Shown piece after piece: positions 52,286 through 64,000 of a stretch of DNA of 64,000 bases (position 1 is its first letter; each line of letters opens with the position of its first letter). Under the pieces are notes generated by a model that saw nothing but the letters and a program-made list of their open reading frames with translations, did no database searches and had not been told where the DNA came from. A program made the position numbers and the translations under genes. This DNA is from Moniliella sp. 'wahieum' (taxonomy: Eukaryota): NCBI GenBank assembly GCA_003971905.1, contig RSEE01000080.1, positions 62,001 through 126,000 of the forward strand. The letters run 5' to 3'.

Positions 52286-54411
52286 GTTGAGCTACGTTCT
52301 TTGTCGCCAGCAGCCATGTCTCGGCGCCCCAGGCGGCGCTGGGGGGCAGTGTGTGCGGGGCAACCCTACTCGCGCTCTCTTTTGTCTCTCTCGGCCTCGC
52401 GCGGCACGGCGCCTGTGGGGGGAATGCTCGAAAGGGTCCAGATGGGCTCAGTGCCAGATGTGATATGATACCTTTAATAGTCGATCATCGATCATCGACC
52501 AGCCCATGGTACACGGAGCACTGCTTCTCAGCACGTCTCTCCTCCTCAATTTCCCAACATGGTTGGAAACCACCCATTCTTTGTTGGCGAATTCCTGGAG
52601 ACATGGTCCGCCTCTCCATCCTGAAACCATCCAATGCCCCGAGCCCTATCCACCGGGAGTCCATACGCTTCGGTTCCTCCATCCCTTCAGCTGTGGAGAA
52701 TCAGCTCTGGGATTGCGCATCGTGGCGTGTCTTTTCATTGCTTGCGGTTAACAACATGTGTCCCAACTCTGAACGACGACATCTATCGTTTGCACTGGCC
52801 ATGAAAGAGACACGGCTTGCTAGAGTGTGGAAATGGAGGCCAACCCAAACTTGGTTCTCGCCAAGCTATGCGCTTGGGCCCACATCAGACGAGGACGATT
52901 GCCTATATTCGCGTGGAGTTGAACTTCAACGCACAGCTAGTGCACCCGCAGCCAACAGCGCACATAGCATCCGTCGCACTCCTCCGTCGAATCTCGCGAG
53001 TAAATGGTGCTCTGGCGCCCAATTTCCACACCTCGTTGGAATACAAGCGTATCATGTTCCATCACGTTGAGCTCTTCTTTCAGCGTGTGCAGTGGGGGGC
53101 CCTTGGATTGCGGCATGTGTAGAAGTGTTGATCGAGTAATATTTGACATCTCCACTGACGATGGCCCCATGAACGTGGGGCAAAATGTACGAATCGAAGA
53201 GTGACATAGTAGCAGGAGTCGATGAAATGCACAGGCGTGTATGAGCGTATGCGTGTAGCTTAAAAGGTTTGCGTGCTTTCAAGGGGGTCCACTTCACCGT
53301 ACACTCGATGAACAGTAGGCAGAAGAGAGCGTCGCTCTCCACTGCAACCCACCTACCTCTTCTCTTTTCAATTAGCACCCGTATAGCTGTGCCTTGGGTC
53401 GGGGTACAGCCGCGACACAGCAAGGCCCTCTGCGGATGAGAGGCCTTCAGTTACGATATTGCCGCCACACTGGAGCATGGCCTGTCACGGCCGGAGCAGA
53501 TGATTGTCCGAACCCTTCCTTTGCGTAACTTTGTTCCTTCTCCTGGTTCCCCACATGCGTGCCCAGGACCACCCAACGACATCTTCACTAATTCCGCTGA
53601 TACCGTGGTGGCGCGTGTGGGTGCGCGATACAGAACGACCTACTGTACATAGTAGCTTGCCCGACCTTGTTCCAGAGTCTGACGAAGGCAAGATTGTCAG
53701 GTGGGACAAATTGTGCTCTGAAAACTTGCGCCTTATTGGCCAGGTGCACAGGAATAAGCTGTCCTTACTACAGCTACCACAACCGTCTACAGAGCCCTAC
53801 TACCACTACGTGCAGCCTCTGGCAGCCAACACGGGTTGAAGGTGGGAAAAGAACAAGGACAAGGAAGATCAAGTTGGAATCCATAGACAATGAGACCCGG
53901 AACAAGCAAACAGTAGGCAGGGCCTTGGCAAGGACAATAAAACCGGACCGAGGGCCGCGGGTAGCAAAACATGGGCACATGAAGTGGATGGAACCGGTAG
54001 CAGATTGGACAAAAGTGGGCAAACCCGTCGAGGGCCAATGGGCGGGACAAAATCTGAGAAAGAGAGAAATGGCACAGCGTACTCAAAACGAAGATATGCA
54101 GAAGTAAGAACAGAGATAGAGATGCGGGCGGAAGCTTGGATGAGGTCAAGAGGAGCCAAAGTGCCGGCCAAGATCAAACATGAGCGATGGTCACCGAAGG
54201 AAGAGAGAGACAAACAGCGAAGCGGGGAAAAAGAAGTTTGAAGGCCCAGACGTAGAGTGCCGGTGCAGGCAGGGCAGTGCCGGGGCAGTGCCGGGGCAAG
54301 GCAGGTGCAGGGCGGGGCAGGGAAGGCACAAGATTCCGCAGTGGTAAACAATCACGAGAGAAAAGAAAACAGAAGCATATGGGCTGGGTGGGTTTTGTGG
54401 CAGAAACAAGC

Positions 54412-55496
54412 TCACGGGTAAATGTACAGTGGCGAGCAGGGCTCGGACGAGGTCAGGGTAGGCGAGTCGGAGAGGGGGGGGGAAGAGGAGGAAAGGGAGG
54501 AGAGGCTGCATGAGCCAGAGGAGCGGAGGTACTTCTTCTTCCTCTCCTGCCACCAAGGCCGGGCAGGGCGACGGAGCGAGGCCAGGACGTCAAGGAGCAG
54601 GGGCAGATGGCCCGCCAAGTCGGGAAGGCTGTGTGCCATCTCCTCCACCTGGTCGAGGAACCCATCCCATTCCTCGGGGCGCGGGAGAAGGTCGTACTGC
54701 ATCAGTTGCAGCGCCGTGCGTTCCAATTGCGCCAACTCCATCTTCATCCCCACCTCTTCCCACGTCTTGGTGTGAAAGGGGTGGTCATCCAGCACCTTAT
54801 TGGCCAATGTCAGGCCCACGAGGAAGAGGCGGTAGGGCGTCGCACCCGGTACAAGGAAGCGGGAAGCAAATTCGTCTTTGGAACAGGATCGTATCGTCTC
54901 CGTCTCGCCGTCGGTTGGCGATCCGGATCGGACTCGGAAGTGGCAGGGCAGGAGAGGAGGTGGAGCCACTTGGCACCGTAAAAGAGGGCAAGGAAGAGGG
55001 TATTGGGGGTGACGGTAGGCTGCGCCAGTACCTTGGCGACAAAGGCGGTGAAGTGGTGCTCGCCAGCGGCATGACGTTGGTCCATCTCACACAGTGGGGC
55101 AGACACCTTGGCCTGGGCGGGGAGACAGCCTCCGTCTCGAGGGAGGGGAAAGATGGAGGACACCTGGGCACGAACTGACCTCCTGGGCGGATCGGCGTTG
55201 GATCTGTTGGCTGAGGCGGAGGAAGAGGGCGCTGGCAGGCCAAGTGAGATGCTGGGCGGGCGAGGCCGGGGGCGGGGGTGGTGGGGCAGGCACGAGGCTG
55301 GGCCAGGCATAGGCGGGGACAGCGGGGTAGGCATAGGCCGGATAGTAGGGGAAGGGGGGGTTGGGGGGGTAGGCCGGGTAGGTCGGATAAGCGGATAGGC
55401 GGGATAGGAGGGATAGGTGCGGTAGGCAGAGTAGGCCATGTAGCCCGGGTAGCCCAGAGGGCATGGGTAGGAGGGGTAGTAGTACCCCACGCTCAT
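54412..55496 (-). CDS. Pho85-type cyclin-like protein (Clg1/Pcl family)
   Basis: Cyclin box FVAKVLAQPTVTPNTLFLALFY...YRLFLVGLTLANKVLDDHPFHTKTWEEVG...LAQLERTALQLMQYDL. N-terminal Y-P-x repeats from the ATG at 55496. Confidence 0.82.
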
Positions 55497-55554
55497 CCCG
55501 CCCGGGCGGTCGCAGTGGCAGGGGTGCTGGAGCTGGCGCGGGCCGCCGCCGGAA

Positions 55555-55775
55555 GGATGGGAGGGGTGGGGGGATGGGAAGGATGAGAGGAATGAGAGAG
55601 ATGAGAGGGATGGGAGGGATGAGAGGAATGAGATCTGAGAGGGATGGGAGGATGAGAGGGATTGATAAGGATGGGAAGGATGGGAAGAACGGGTAGGATG
55701 GAAGAACGAGTGGATGGGGAAGGATGGGAACGAGAAGGATGGGAAGAACGGGAAGAATGGGCAGGACGGAGGGAC
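55555..55775. repeat. Degenerate 9-nt-period purine-rich tract (GGGATGAGA / GGGAAGGAT / GGGAAGAAC)
   Basis: Seen directly, just upstream of the cyclin ATG. Confidence 0.85.
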
Positions 55776-56078
55776 AGGAGTGTTGGGGTTGTTTCGGGTG
55801 GGGAGGCAAGACAGGCGAATAGGGTCTGGCCGGGTGCGGGTTGTGACTGGGAGGGCAGATTTCACACACACGCCTGCGTCCTGCCGCGGCGTGCCTGGAG
55901 AAGACTGTGAAAAAAAAACGGCGAGGCAGAAAGTTTCAAGCGCCCGTGCGCCAGAGGCACCGTGCCAGGAACGAACGAACAACCGCACACACTGCCCCTG
56001 CGCCCCTGCTCCACCGGGCACCCGCCGGCACCCGACGACACTGGGCCGCTGCGGTCCCTGGCGTTCCCCTGTTTCTGG

Positions 56079-56289
56079 CACGTGTCTGCATGCAACGTTC
56101 AAATTGCAACTCTGGCCTCTTGCAACCAGCCCACCCCTTGGCCTTCCGCATCACGTGCATCACGTGCATCACGTGCTCTTCCAGGTCAACTCGCCGATCC
56201 CACCACTCATATTCAACTTTCAACGTCCAACTTAAAGCTTAACCATTCAACGTTCAACTGAACATTCAAATCGCCGCAGCCTGCACGTG
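56079..56289. promoter_or_regulatory. Cluster of five CACGTG E-boxes (candidate bHLH/Pho4-type sites)
   Basis: CACGTG at 56079, 56152, 56161, 56170 and 56284. Function is inferred only. Confidence 0.45.
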
Positions 56290-56299
56290 AGCCTCACAG

Positions 56300-57511
56300 G
56301 GGGATGCATGATGTCACATGCCCCCCGCGTGGCTAGCGCAACCGAGACGACCTCCGACGGCCGGGGGGTGAGGGTGGGGCAGGGCGCTTCGCCTCTGCGC
56401 TCGTGCGTGACGTCCGCTGTCTCTTGGACGCTCGCGGCGGCCGCACTCTCTTTCTCGCCTCCGTCAACGTCCGCGTCGGCGTCGACGCCGGAACCACGGC
56501 GGGTGGGCAGCGAGCGGCGGGGACGTTGCGTGCCCGTCGGTGGGCTGGATGTACCAGAGATAGACGCGTCGGTGGACAGAGGTGCAGGCTCTGCATTTGC
56601 ATTCTCGGGAGCAAGAGGTGGGTCGGCAGGTAGATCGGGCGACGGTTGTGGATCCTCCTTCGTCTCCTCCTTTGTCTCCTCCTTTGTCTCCTCCATCGCC
56701 TCGTGTGGTTGTACCGGCGCAGGCGGGCCGTCGGCTCCTGGCAGTCCTTCCTCCGTACCTGAGGCGGGCGGGGAATCACCTGGGGCAACTGCATCGTGCA
56801 TTTGCGCATCGGGCGCATCAGCCTCACGGGTGCAGACGGCTGGGCACGGGATGCATCCATCGAAACATCATCATTGTCCTTCTTGTTCGGGTCGGCGTCG
56901 CTTGGCTTTGGTTCCGTCGTTTTGGAAAGGGACGGGCAGGGCTCGTCTGTGGGGCAGAGGTCAGACCCGATAGCTCTTCTCCCACCATGTCCACATGGTC
57001 ATGATCTTCCTTTGTCGCTGGTTCCACCCCTTGATCCGACGGCTGGTCTAGGTTCTGGTACCTCGGTTAGTCCTGCTCCCCCTTTTTCCAACCTTGCGGA
57101 ACGTACTTTGTGAAGCGATGCGCGTGCACGGCTACGTGCCCACTCTGTGTCCGGCAGCATCTGGCGCAACTTGGGCGTGGTGAAGACTTTGGTTTCGCCG
57201 GCCTCGATCGAGGTGCGGAAGAGTTGGTTTTTGATGCCGGAGAGAATGCCCTCGTTGATCAGGCACGCTGCCTCGTCGCCCTCGGTAGGCTTTCTTCCTT
57301 TCTCTTCTCCACTGGCGCGCTGCTCCAGGGATAGGCGCCAGCACATACGCCCGGATCTCGCGGCTGCTCACACCACGCGCAATCGTCTCCCGGCTCTGGC
57401 TCAGCGCGCCCGTGACGAGGCACAGACCCGAGGGCCGCTCGTGGCTCGGACCATAGAAGGGCGCCAGGGGGGGGGCGCGTCGGGGGCGGGCGAAGCGGCG
57501 GGGCGCGACAT
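56300..57511 (-). CDS. Hypothetical protein; short folded N-terminal region, then acidic/Pro-rich disordered tail
   Basis: ATG at 57511. Frameshifted segments LVTGALSQSRETIARGVSSREIRAYVL, LINEGILSGIKNQLF and EETKEETKEETKEDP. The 3' end is uncertain. Confidence 0.45.
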
Positions 57512-57901
57512 GGCGCGAGGCAGCCGAGCCAACAGCGATGGTCGCAGCTGGGTTGGACGGCGATCGAACACCCGCCCGTGACGCGTCACGCTCCTGGCGC
57601 TCGTCCACTGCGCAACCCTCGGCCGAGGCTGAGCCTGCCCGGACCAGCGGGGGGGGATCACCGATTTCTGGTCGATGACCGTGGCGAGTCCTCCCGACTA
57701 GTAGCTAGTAGCGTCGGCCTGCAGCCTCACAGTTGCGATCTCAGACATGCTTACATCCCGCCAGCCCATTCCGCCAGCCCACTGTCCTCTCTCCTGCCTG
57801 CCCACACGCTCGGCTGTGGTCAGATCTCTACCGCTGCTGCTCCCATTCCACTCGCCCCGCCGCACCATCTGCTTCGGCCCCGAGAAATCAATGCATTCCC
57901 C

Positions 57902-59031
57902 TCAGGCCTTCTTGTCTGGCTCTTGCTGCTCCTGCCTCATCGCAATCGCCTTGGAGATGGCCTCGTCCTCATCCATCTCCTCGTCCTCGTCCTCGCCCCG
58001 TGCGCTTCCTCCTCTTTGTTTGAACTCTCGTCTTTGGCCTCGGACATGGCTGCATCGCCTCGCCGCTCTTGGACAGCGCCAGCGCCTTTTGCAGCATCGC
58101 CTCCTCGTCTTCCTCGTCCTCCGCCTCGCCCCCCGCCTGTGCTCCTTGTGGTGGTGGACCCGACGCTTCCTCCCGCACGGCCTCCAGATTGGCCGTCGCG
58201 GGCGCCGCCTGGGCCGCGGCACGCTGGCGCGCCTCCTCCTCCTCGAGCGACATGCGCAATGCCTAGTCTCACGTTAGCAGCTGTGCCCGTCGCAGCGGGA
58301 AAAAGAAGACGTACCATTGCGAGGTCAGGGTCGTTAGCAAAGTCCGCCTCGCCAAAGGAGGGCCGCCCGCGTCGCCGGAACCAAACTCTTCTTCCAAAAT
58401 GGGCGAGGCGCGGAGCACATCCGACACGAGCGAGCCCGTGCCGGGCGGGATGGAAATGTAGTGGGACGAGTCGGACGCGTTGACAGCCTCGACAAACGCA
58501 GCCAACTTGCTCTCGTTCGCCTCTACCTCTCCCATCGACACCACATCTACCGCCACATTGTTCTTCTTGAGTTTCTTGCCCAGCCGGACCAGCTGGTCTT
58601 GCGCTTCGGCCAAGGGCGAGCCGATAAACACAAGGATCCTCTGTCGCTGGTTCTTGTTTTCGCGGTGCTTGAGCGCCAGCTGCGCAATGTTCACCGCCGT
58701 ACTAAGTTGGTGGCGCCTTCGAGCTTGGCATCGTGCAAGCCAGCCAGGATCTGGCCAATGTCCTTGGTCCGGGTCACCAGCACCTCGGGGCTGGTGCCCG
58801 CCATGGTCATCACCCCCACCTCGTTTTCCGGGTTGGAGTTGACCTTGGCAAAGAAGACGACGCCCGCTGCATCGGCTTGGGCCTCCCACCGTGTCGGCTG
58901 GTAGTCGCCATTGCGCATAAACTCGCTATTGTCCACCCTGCAAGCAGCGCATCCCCAGTCCCCGTCAGCACCAGCGCATCCAGCAGGCGGCACGGCAAGA
59001 CTTACACCATCATCGTCGCTTCGAGTGGCAT
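57902..59031 (-). CDS. RPN10: 26S proteasome regulatory subunit Rpn10 (vWA + UIM)
   Basis: MPLEATMMV|DNSEFMRNGDYQPTRW, NPENEVGVMTMAG, AQLALKHRENKNQRQRILVFIGSP, KKLKKNNVAVDVV. UIMs ALRMSLEEE, MLQKALALS and AISKAIAM. Two introns. Confidence 0.96.
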
Positions 59032-59392
59032 GTTGGGCAAGCGTAGGCAGTGCCTGTGTCGGGTCCGGGTGGGTTGCGCGTACGAGTGGTGGCAGCAGTG
59101 CTGGGAGCCGAGCAAATCGGGCCGCGTGGAGTTGGGGCGGAGTAGGGGTGGGCGAGTGTCAGGTTGCGCTGGGCACACGGGACGCGGCCGTGCTGACGAC
59201 GCGCCGGCCTGCTGAGGTAAGCAACCCTTCGCCCGCCCCCCCCAATTCCGCCCCTCCGCTCCAGTCGAGAGCATCGACGGCGGTCAGCATGGGGGTGGAT
59301 CGCCTGCTGGCTTGTCTGTTCCTCGCCCCTTCTCTGTCCCATCCACCTCCACTGCCCCTGCCACTGCCGCCGCCACCCACCCTCTCTCCACC

Positions 59393-60442
59393 ATGTCCTT
59401 ACTTCCGGCACCATACGGGAGGTATGGGCCGAGAACTTTGAGGCCGAGATGGGCCTGCTGCGCAACGTGATTGACCGATACCCATACGTTGCGATGGACA
59501 CGGAGTTCCCTGGCATTGTCTCCCGTCCCATTGGACGCTTCAAGGGCAGCTCGGACTACCACTACCAGACGCTGCGGTGCAACGTGGACCTGCTCAAGAT
59601 CATTAGCTGGGCCTGACTGTCTGCGACGAGGACGGCAACGAGCCTCCGCCCAACGAGCCTAGCATCTGGCAATTCAACTTCCGTTTCAGCGCTGGCCAGG
59701 ACATGTGTGCCCCCGACTCGCTCGAGATTTTGCACAATGCTGGGCTGCAGTTCGATCGGCATGCCACGTCGGGCATTGATCCGGCTCATTTTGGCGAGCT
59801 GCTGATCACGTCGGGCCTGGTGCTGTTTGACAATGTGCGATGGGTTTCGTTCCACAGGTACGTGTGGCAGGACTGGCCTGGTTCCTTCTCCTTGACCGAG
59901 GCAGCTGACTAACCCTGGCCCCGATGGGCCTGATGCGCAGCGGGTACGACTTTGGCTACTTGCTCAAGGTGGTCACCAATGCGCCGTTGCCGGCGACCGA
60001 AGCTGCGTTTTTCGAAGCGCTCAAGCTCTGGTTCCCCAAGATCTACGACATCAAGTACTTGATGCGCTACTGCAGCAACCTCAAGGGCGGGCTGCAAGAT
60101 TTGGCGGACGAGTTGAAGGTGCAACGAGTGGGGCGGCAACACCAAGCCGGCAGCGATGCGCAGTTGACTGGCAGTGTCTTTTTCCGCCTCCGTGCGCAGT
60201 ACTTTCACGGCGTGATTGACGACACGAAATTGGGTTGTCTCTATGGCTTTTCGGCGATGAACCGGCCCGAAGCTGCTCGGGGCTACACCCAGGCCCAGGC
60301 CCAGGCCATGGCCCACCCGTCCCAGGCCCAGCCCATGAACTTTATGTCGGCCGTTATCTCGGCCGCCGCCCAAAGGGGGAAAGTGACCATCACTTCCCCC
60401 ACCCCGACCACCCCCGAGGGCAAAAAGGCATTTGGCCACTGA
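59393..60442 (+). CDS. CAF1: CCR4-NOT deadenylase subunit Caf1/Pop2 (DEDD nuclease)
   Basis: [59 protein letters not shown] (intron 59858-59940) and [12 protein letters not shown]. Confidence 0.95.
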
Positions 60443-60635
60443 CCCTTGTACATCTACCTTTCCCCGCTCTTCCCCACTTCTCTCTACCTCTCTCTACCCC
60501 TTGGCTGTTCGCCCACGCGCGCTGTACACTATGGAGCCAATGATCTGCTGTCTGCGCACGCTCGTAGCCTCGTAGTCAATCCATCCATCCATCCCGCCGC
60601 TCGCTCCACCGCCGCGTGGGGTGGCGGACGCGGCA

Positions 60636-61876
<1,241 letters not shown>

Positions 61877-64000
61877 CTAAACCAAGCCCGCGCCTTTCAC
61901 CGGCTCAGCTGGGCCGGATCCAGCCGGCGTGGCCTCCTCCCGCCCACACGGTGACATGTGGCATGTGATCGCGCAGCGCCACAGCTGCACTCCAATCCGC
62001 GCACACTGGCGCCATGCGGCTCGTGCGACCGCTGGCGGGGGGTTGGTTTTCAGCTGCCCGCGCTAGCGCTACCCGCCACGCTCCATCCCGTGCCCCGCGG
62101 CCCCATCCGCACCCCGCTTCCTCCCCCCTCTGGCCCGGCCGCGCCCCGTACGAGGGTAGCCGCTGCGCGCCGCTGGGAGGGGGTCCTCCGCGCCCCGTAC
62201 GCGCACGCCCCCCTGCCTGTTGCCGCGGTCTGCGCGCACCGCGTCGGGCACGCGTGCGAACGGTGAAGGGTAACCGTCGAACGTCGGAAGGGTAGGAGGG
62301 GGAGGCAACAGAGGACCAGAAAGTGATGCGTCTCTTCCATGATGCGTGTTGGAAGCAAGGCACCCCAGCCTGGGGCCACAGCCTAACCTGCATGGGGGTA
62401 GGTGGGGCAGGAGCGCCCCATGAGATTCGATCACCTTTTGGTCGGCTTGGGATCTGCGAGCCGACGGCTCTCTACCATCCATACAGCCTGCAGGCACACA
62501 CCAAACCGCGCCCGCCGCCCACTGTCCAGTACCTTCAGCCAAGAACACGGCCAACGTGTCGGGGGTTACAAGTGTACGCATCTGAGCGATCGGAGCCGCA
62601 GGTCACCAGCCGCACGATTCGCTCCCCCATTGTGGTTGGGGCCCGTGCTGCGCCCGAGCGTCTCTTGCTGCAGTGGGTCAAACGAGGTGCCCGGCCGGGT
62701 GGAGCAGGGAGGATATGCTGTTCAAGGCGACAGGGAGGACGGGACGCGGGACGTGTCTCCAGGAGGACTATAGTACTTGGGCAGCGCCCACGTTGTGCAT
62801 AGTCGATGGCCGATGGTCGATGACCGAAGCGTCGTCCAGCTGCCTTTCCACTTGGCTTGGCCGCCGCCGAGGTTGAACGTTGGTGCGACCTGAATAGTGA
62901 ATGCATGCCCTATTCATCATGCAGGCCGAGGTCGGAATCTGCGGTGTGCGTCGGAACCTGCGACGCAATCGTGTCGTCAGCAGACACGCTCGGCTTCGCG
63001 GGCGGCTCCCGTCGGACCGGTTGGCGCCGCAGCGGCGGCACATGCCACGCGTCGGAGCGACCAACACCTTTCGCGAGTGACTAGGACGGCATGAAGTTGG
63101 ACTGTGAGGGGTATCGAAGACCTTGGAGAGCCATGATGAGAGCAGCCCCAGTGCTTGGTATGGATGTGCGGGGCGGAGAACGACACTCTACTACTAGCGT
63201 CCTGCGACAAGGAGAAAAAAGAGAGCAGTTCAAAGCTGGCCGGCAGTTCCTCAGCATGCGTACTCTGACAGCTGTCCATGCGTAGGCAGGTGGACCCTCG
63301 GTGTTCAGTCTGGTCGCGGTGTAGGGCACGCGGAGCTGGGTGGGGACTCTTACCCGACACGTATCGAGTCCCGCCGGGAGCCGGGAGCGGCGCTGGGTTC
63401 TCATTGAGCTGTGGCGAGGCGTCTTTCGTGATGACGTTGATCGGCACCTGTTCCACCCATTGGGAGGCTTCTCGACTGCATCTTCTCGACGATTCCCCTG
63501 ACCTGCGCCTGAGGCCTGGCCTGTTGACAGGCATCCATCCCTTCGCCCTACGTACTGTTTTCCTCTCTTTGGCCTGGCCGACATCCTCCCTTCGAACAGG
63601 ATCCAGACTCTTAGTCCTACGGCTCCAATCCCATCTGGTTTCTGTAGGACATGCACCCGCCCGATGCGGCCGACCCATTGGTATGACTGCATAGGACGAT
63701 CGATAGAAGGCTTGGTTGGATGAGTGTGCAGTCTGGCTAGCTGTGTAGGACCCAGAAAGGCTCGATCCGCACGGCATGGCTTGCCTGGCCCAGATGCGCT
63801 TAGGCCGAGAACTTGCCCTGGGCATACCCCTTGTTCTTGAGCGACATCCTGCCAAGCCACCAAAGTCAGTCAGTCAGTCTACCCATCTGCGTGGCGCACA
63901 AGGGAGCAAGAGGGGGGAAAGAGAAAAGGAAAAGAGAAAAGAGAAAAGGTACATACTCGAGTGCAGCCACGCCCCAGTCGTTGCCATGGTTGTGACCTTT

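Noticed and set aside
52937..53170. QRGVEIGRQSTI resembling a PhzF-family C-terminal motif
   Set aside because: A single short match; no other PhzF motifs or adequate ORF.
59088..59094. GGTGGCA as an Rpn4/PACE site upstream of RPN10
   Set aside because: Only a 7-mer partial match in GC-rich DNA, and the presence of Rpn4 in this lineage is not established.
62400..64000. ORFs 62977..63855 and 63081..63863 as genes
   Set aside because: No recognisable motifs; overlapping frames with random-like composition. Left unannotated.

Overview
This is gene-dense, GC-rich eukaryotic DNA from a fungus, most likely a basidiomycete yeast (inferred from short GT-AG introns with CTRAC branch points, intron-containing tRNAs and the style of several proteins). 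It holds about 29 protein-coding genes and two tRNA genes. Recognisable genes are RRP12 (3' part), eIF3m, NDUFA6, an Rtt107/Brc1-like BRCT protein, UBP15/USP7, UBC8, a Pin3/Lsb1-like SH3 protein, SIT4/PP6, NIP7, a Bem1-like scaffold, Polo kinase CDC5, a NimA/Nek-like kinase, YSC84/LSB3, YDJ1, KGD4/MRPS36, Rix1-like, Byr4/Bfa1-like, EMP65/TAPT1, an RTC4-domain protein, a Clg1/Pcl-type cyclin, RPN10, CAF1/POP2 and GAPDH. The tRNAs are tRNA-iMet(CAT) and tRNA-Ala(CGC). Most genes, including essential ones, carry small frameshifts, which points to an unpolished long-read assembly rather than pseudogenes, so CDS ends are approximate. I found no transposon, CRISPR array, rRNA, biosynthetic cluster or convincing novel multi-gene system. 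The most interesting signals are small: a family of intergenic 7-nt-period 'TCA+4' repeats, an intron-containing initiator tRNA, a 7-nt microexon, an ATG-only first coding exon, a hidden ~59-aa membrane microprotein, a 5x CACGTG cluster upstream of a Pho85-type cyclin, a ~95-aa insertion in PP6, and a local concentration of mitotic and polarity regulators. All family assignments come from motif recognition by eye; no database search was run.
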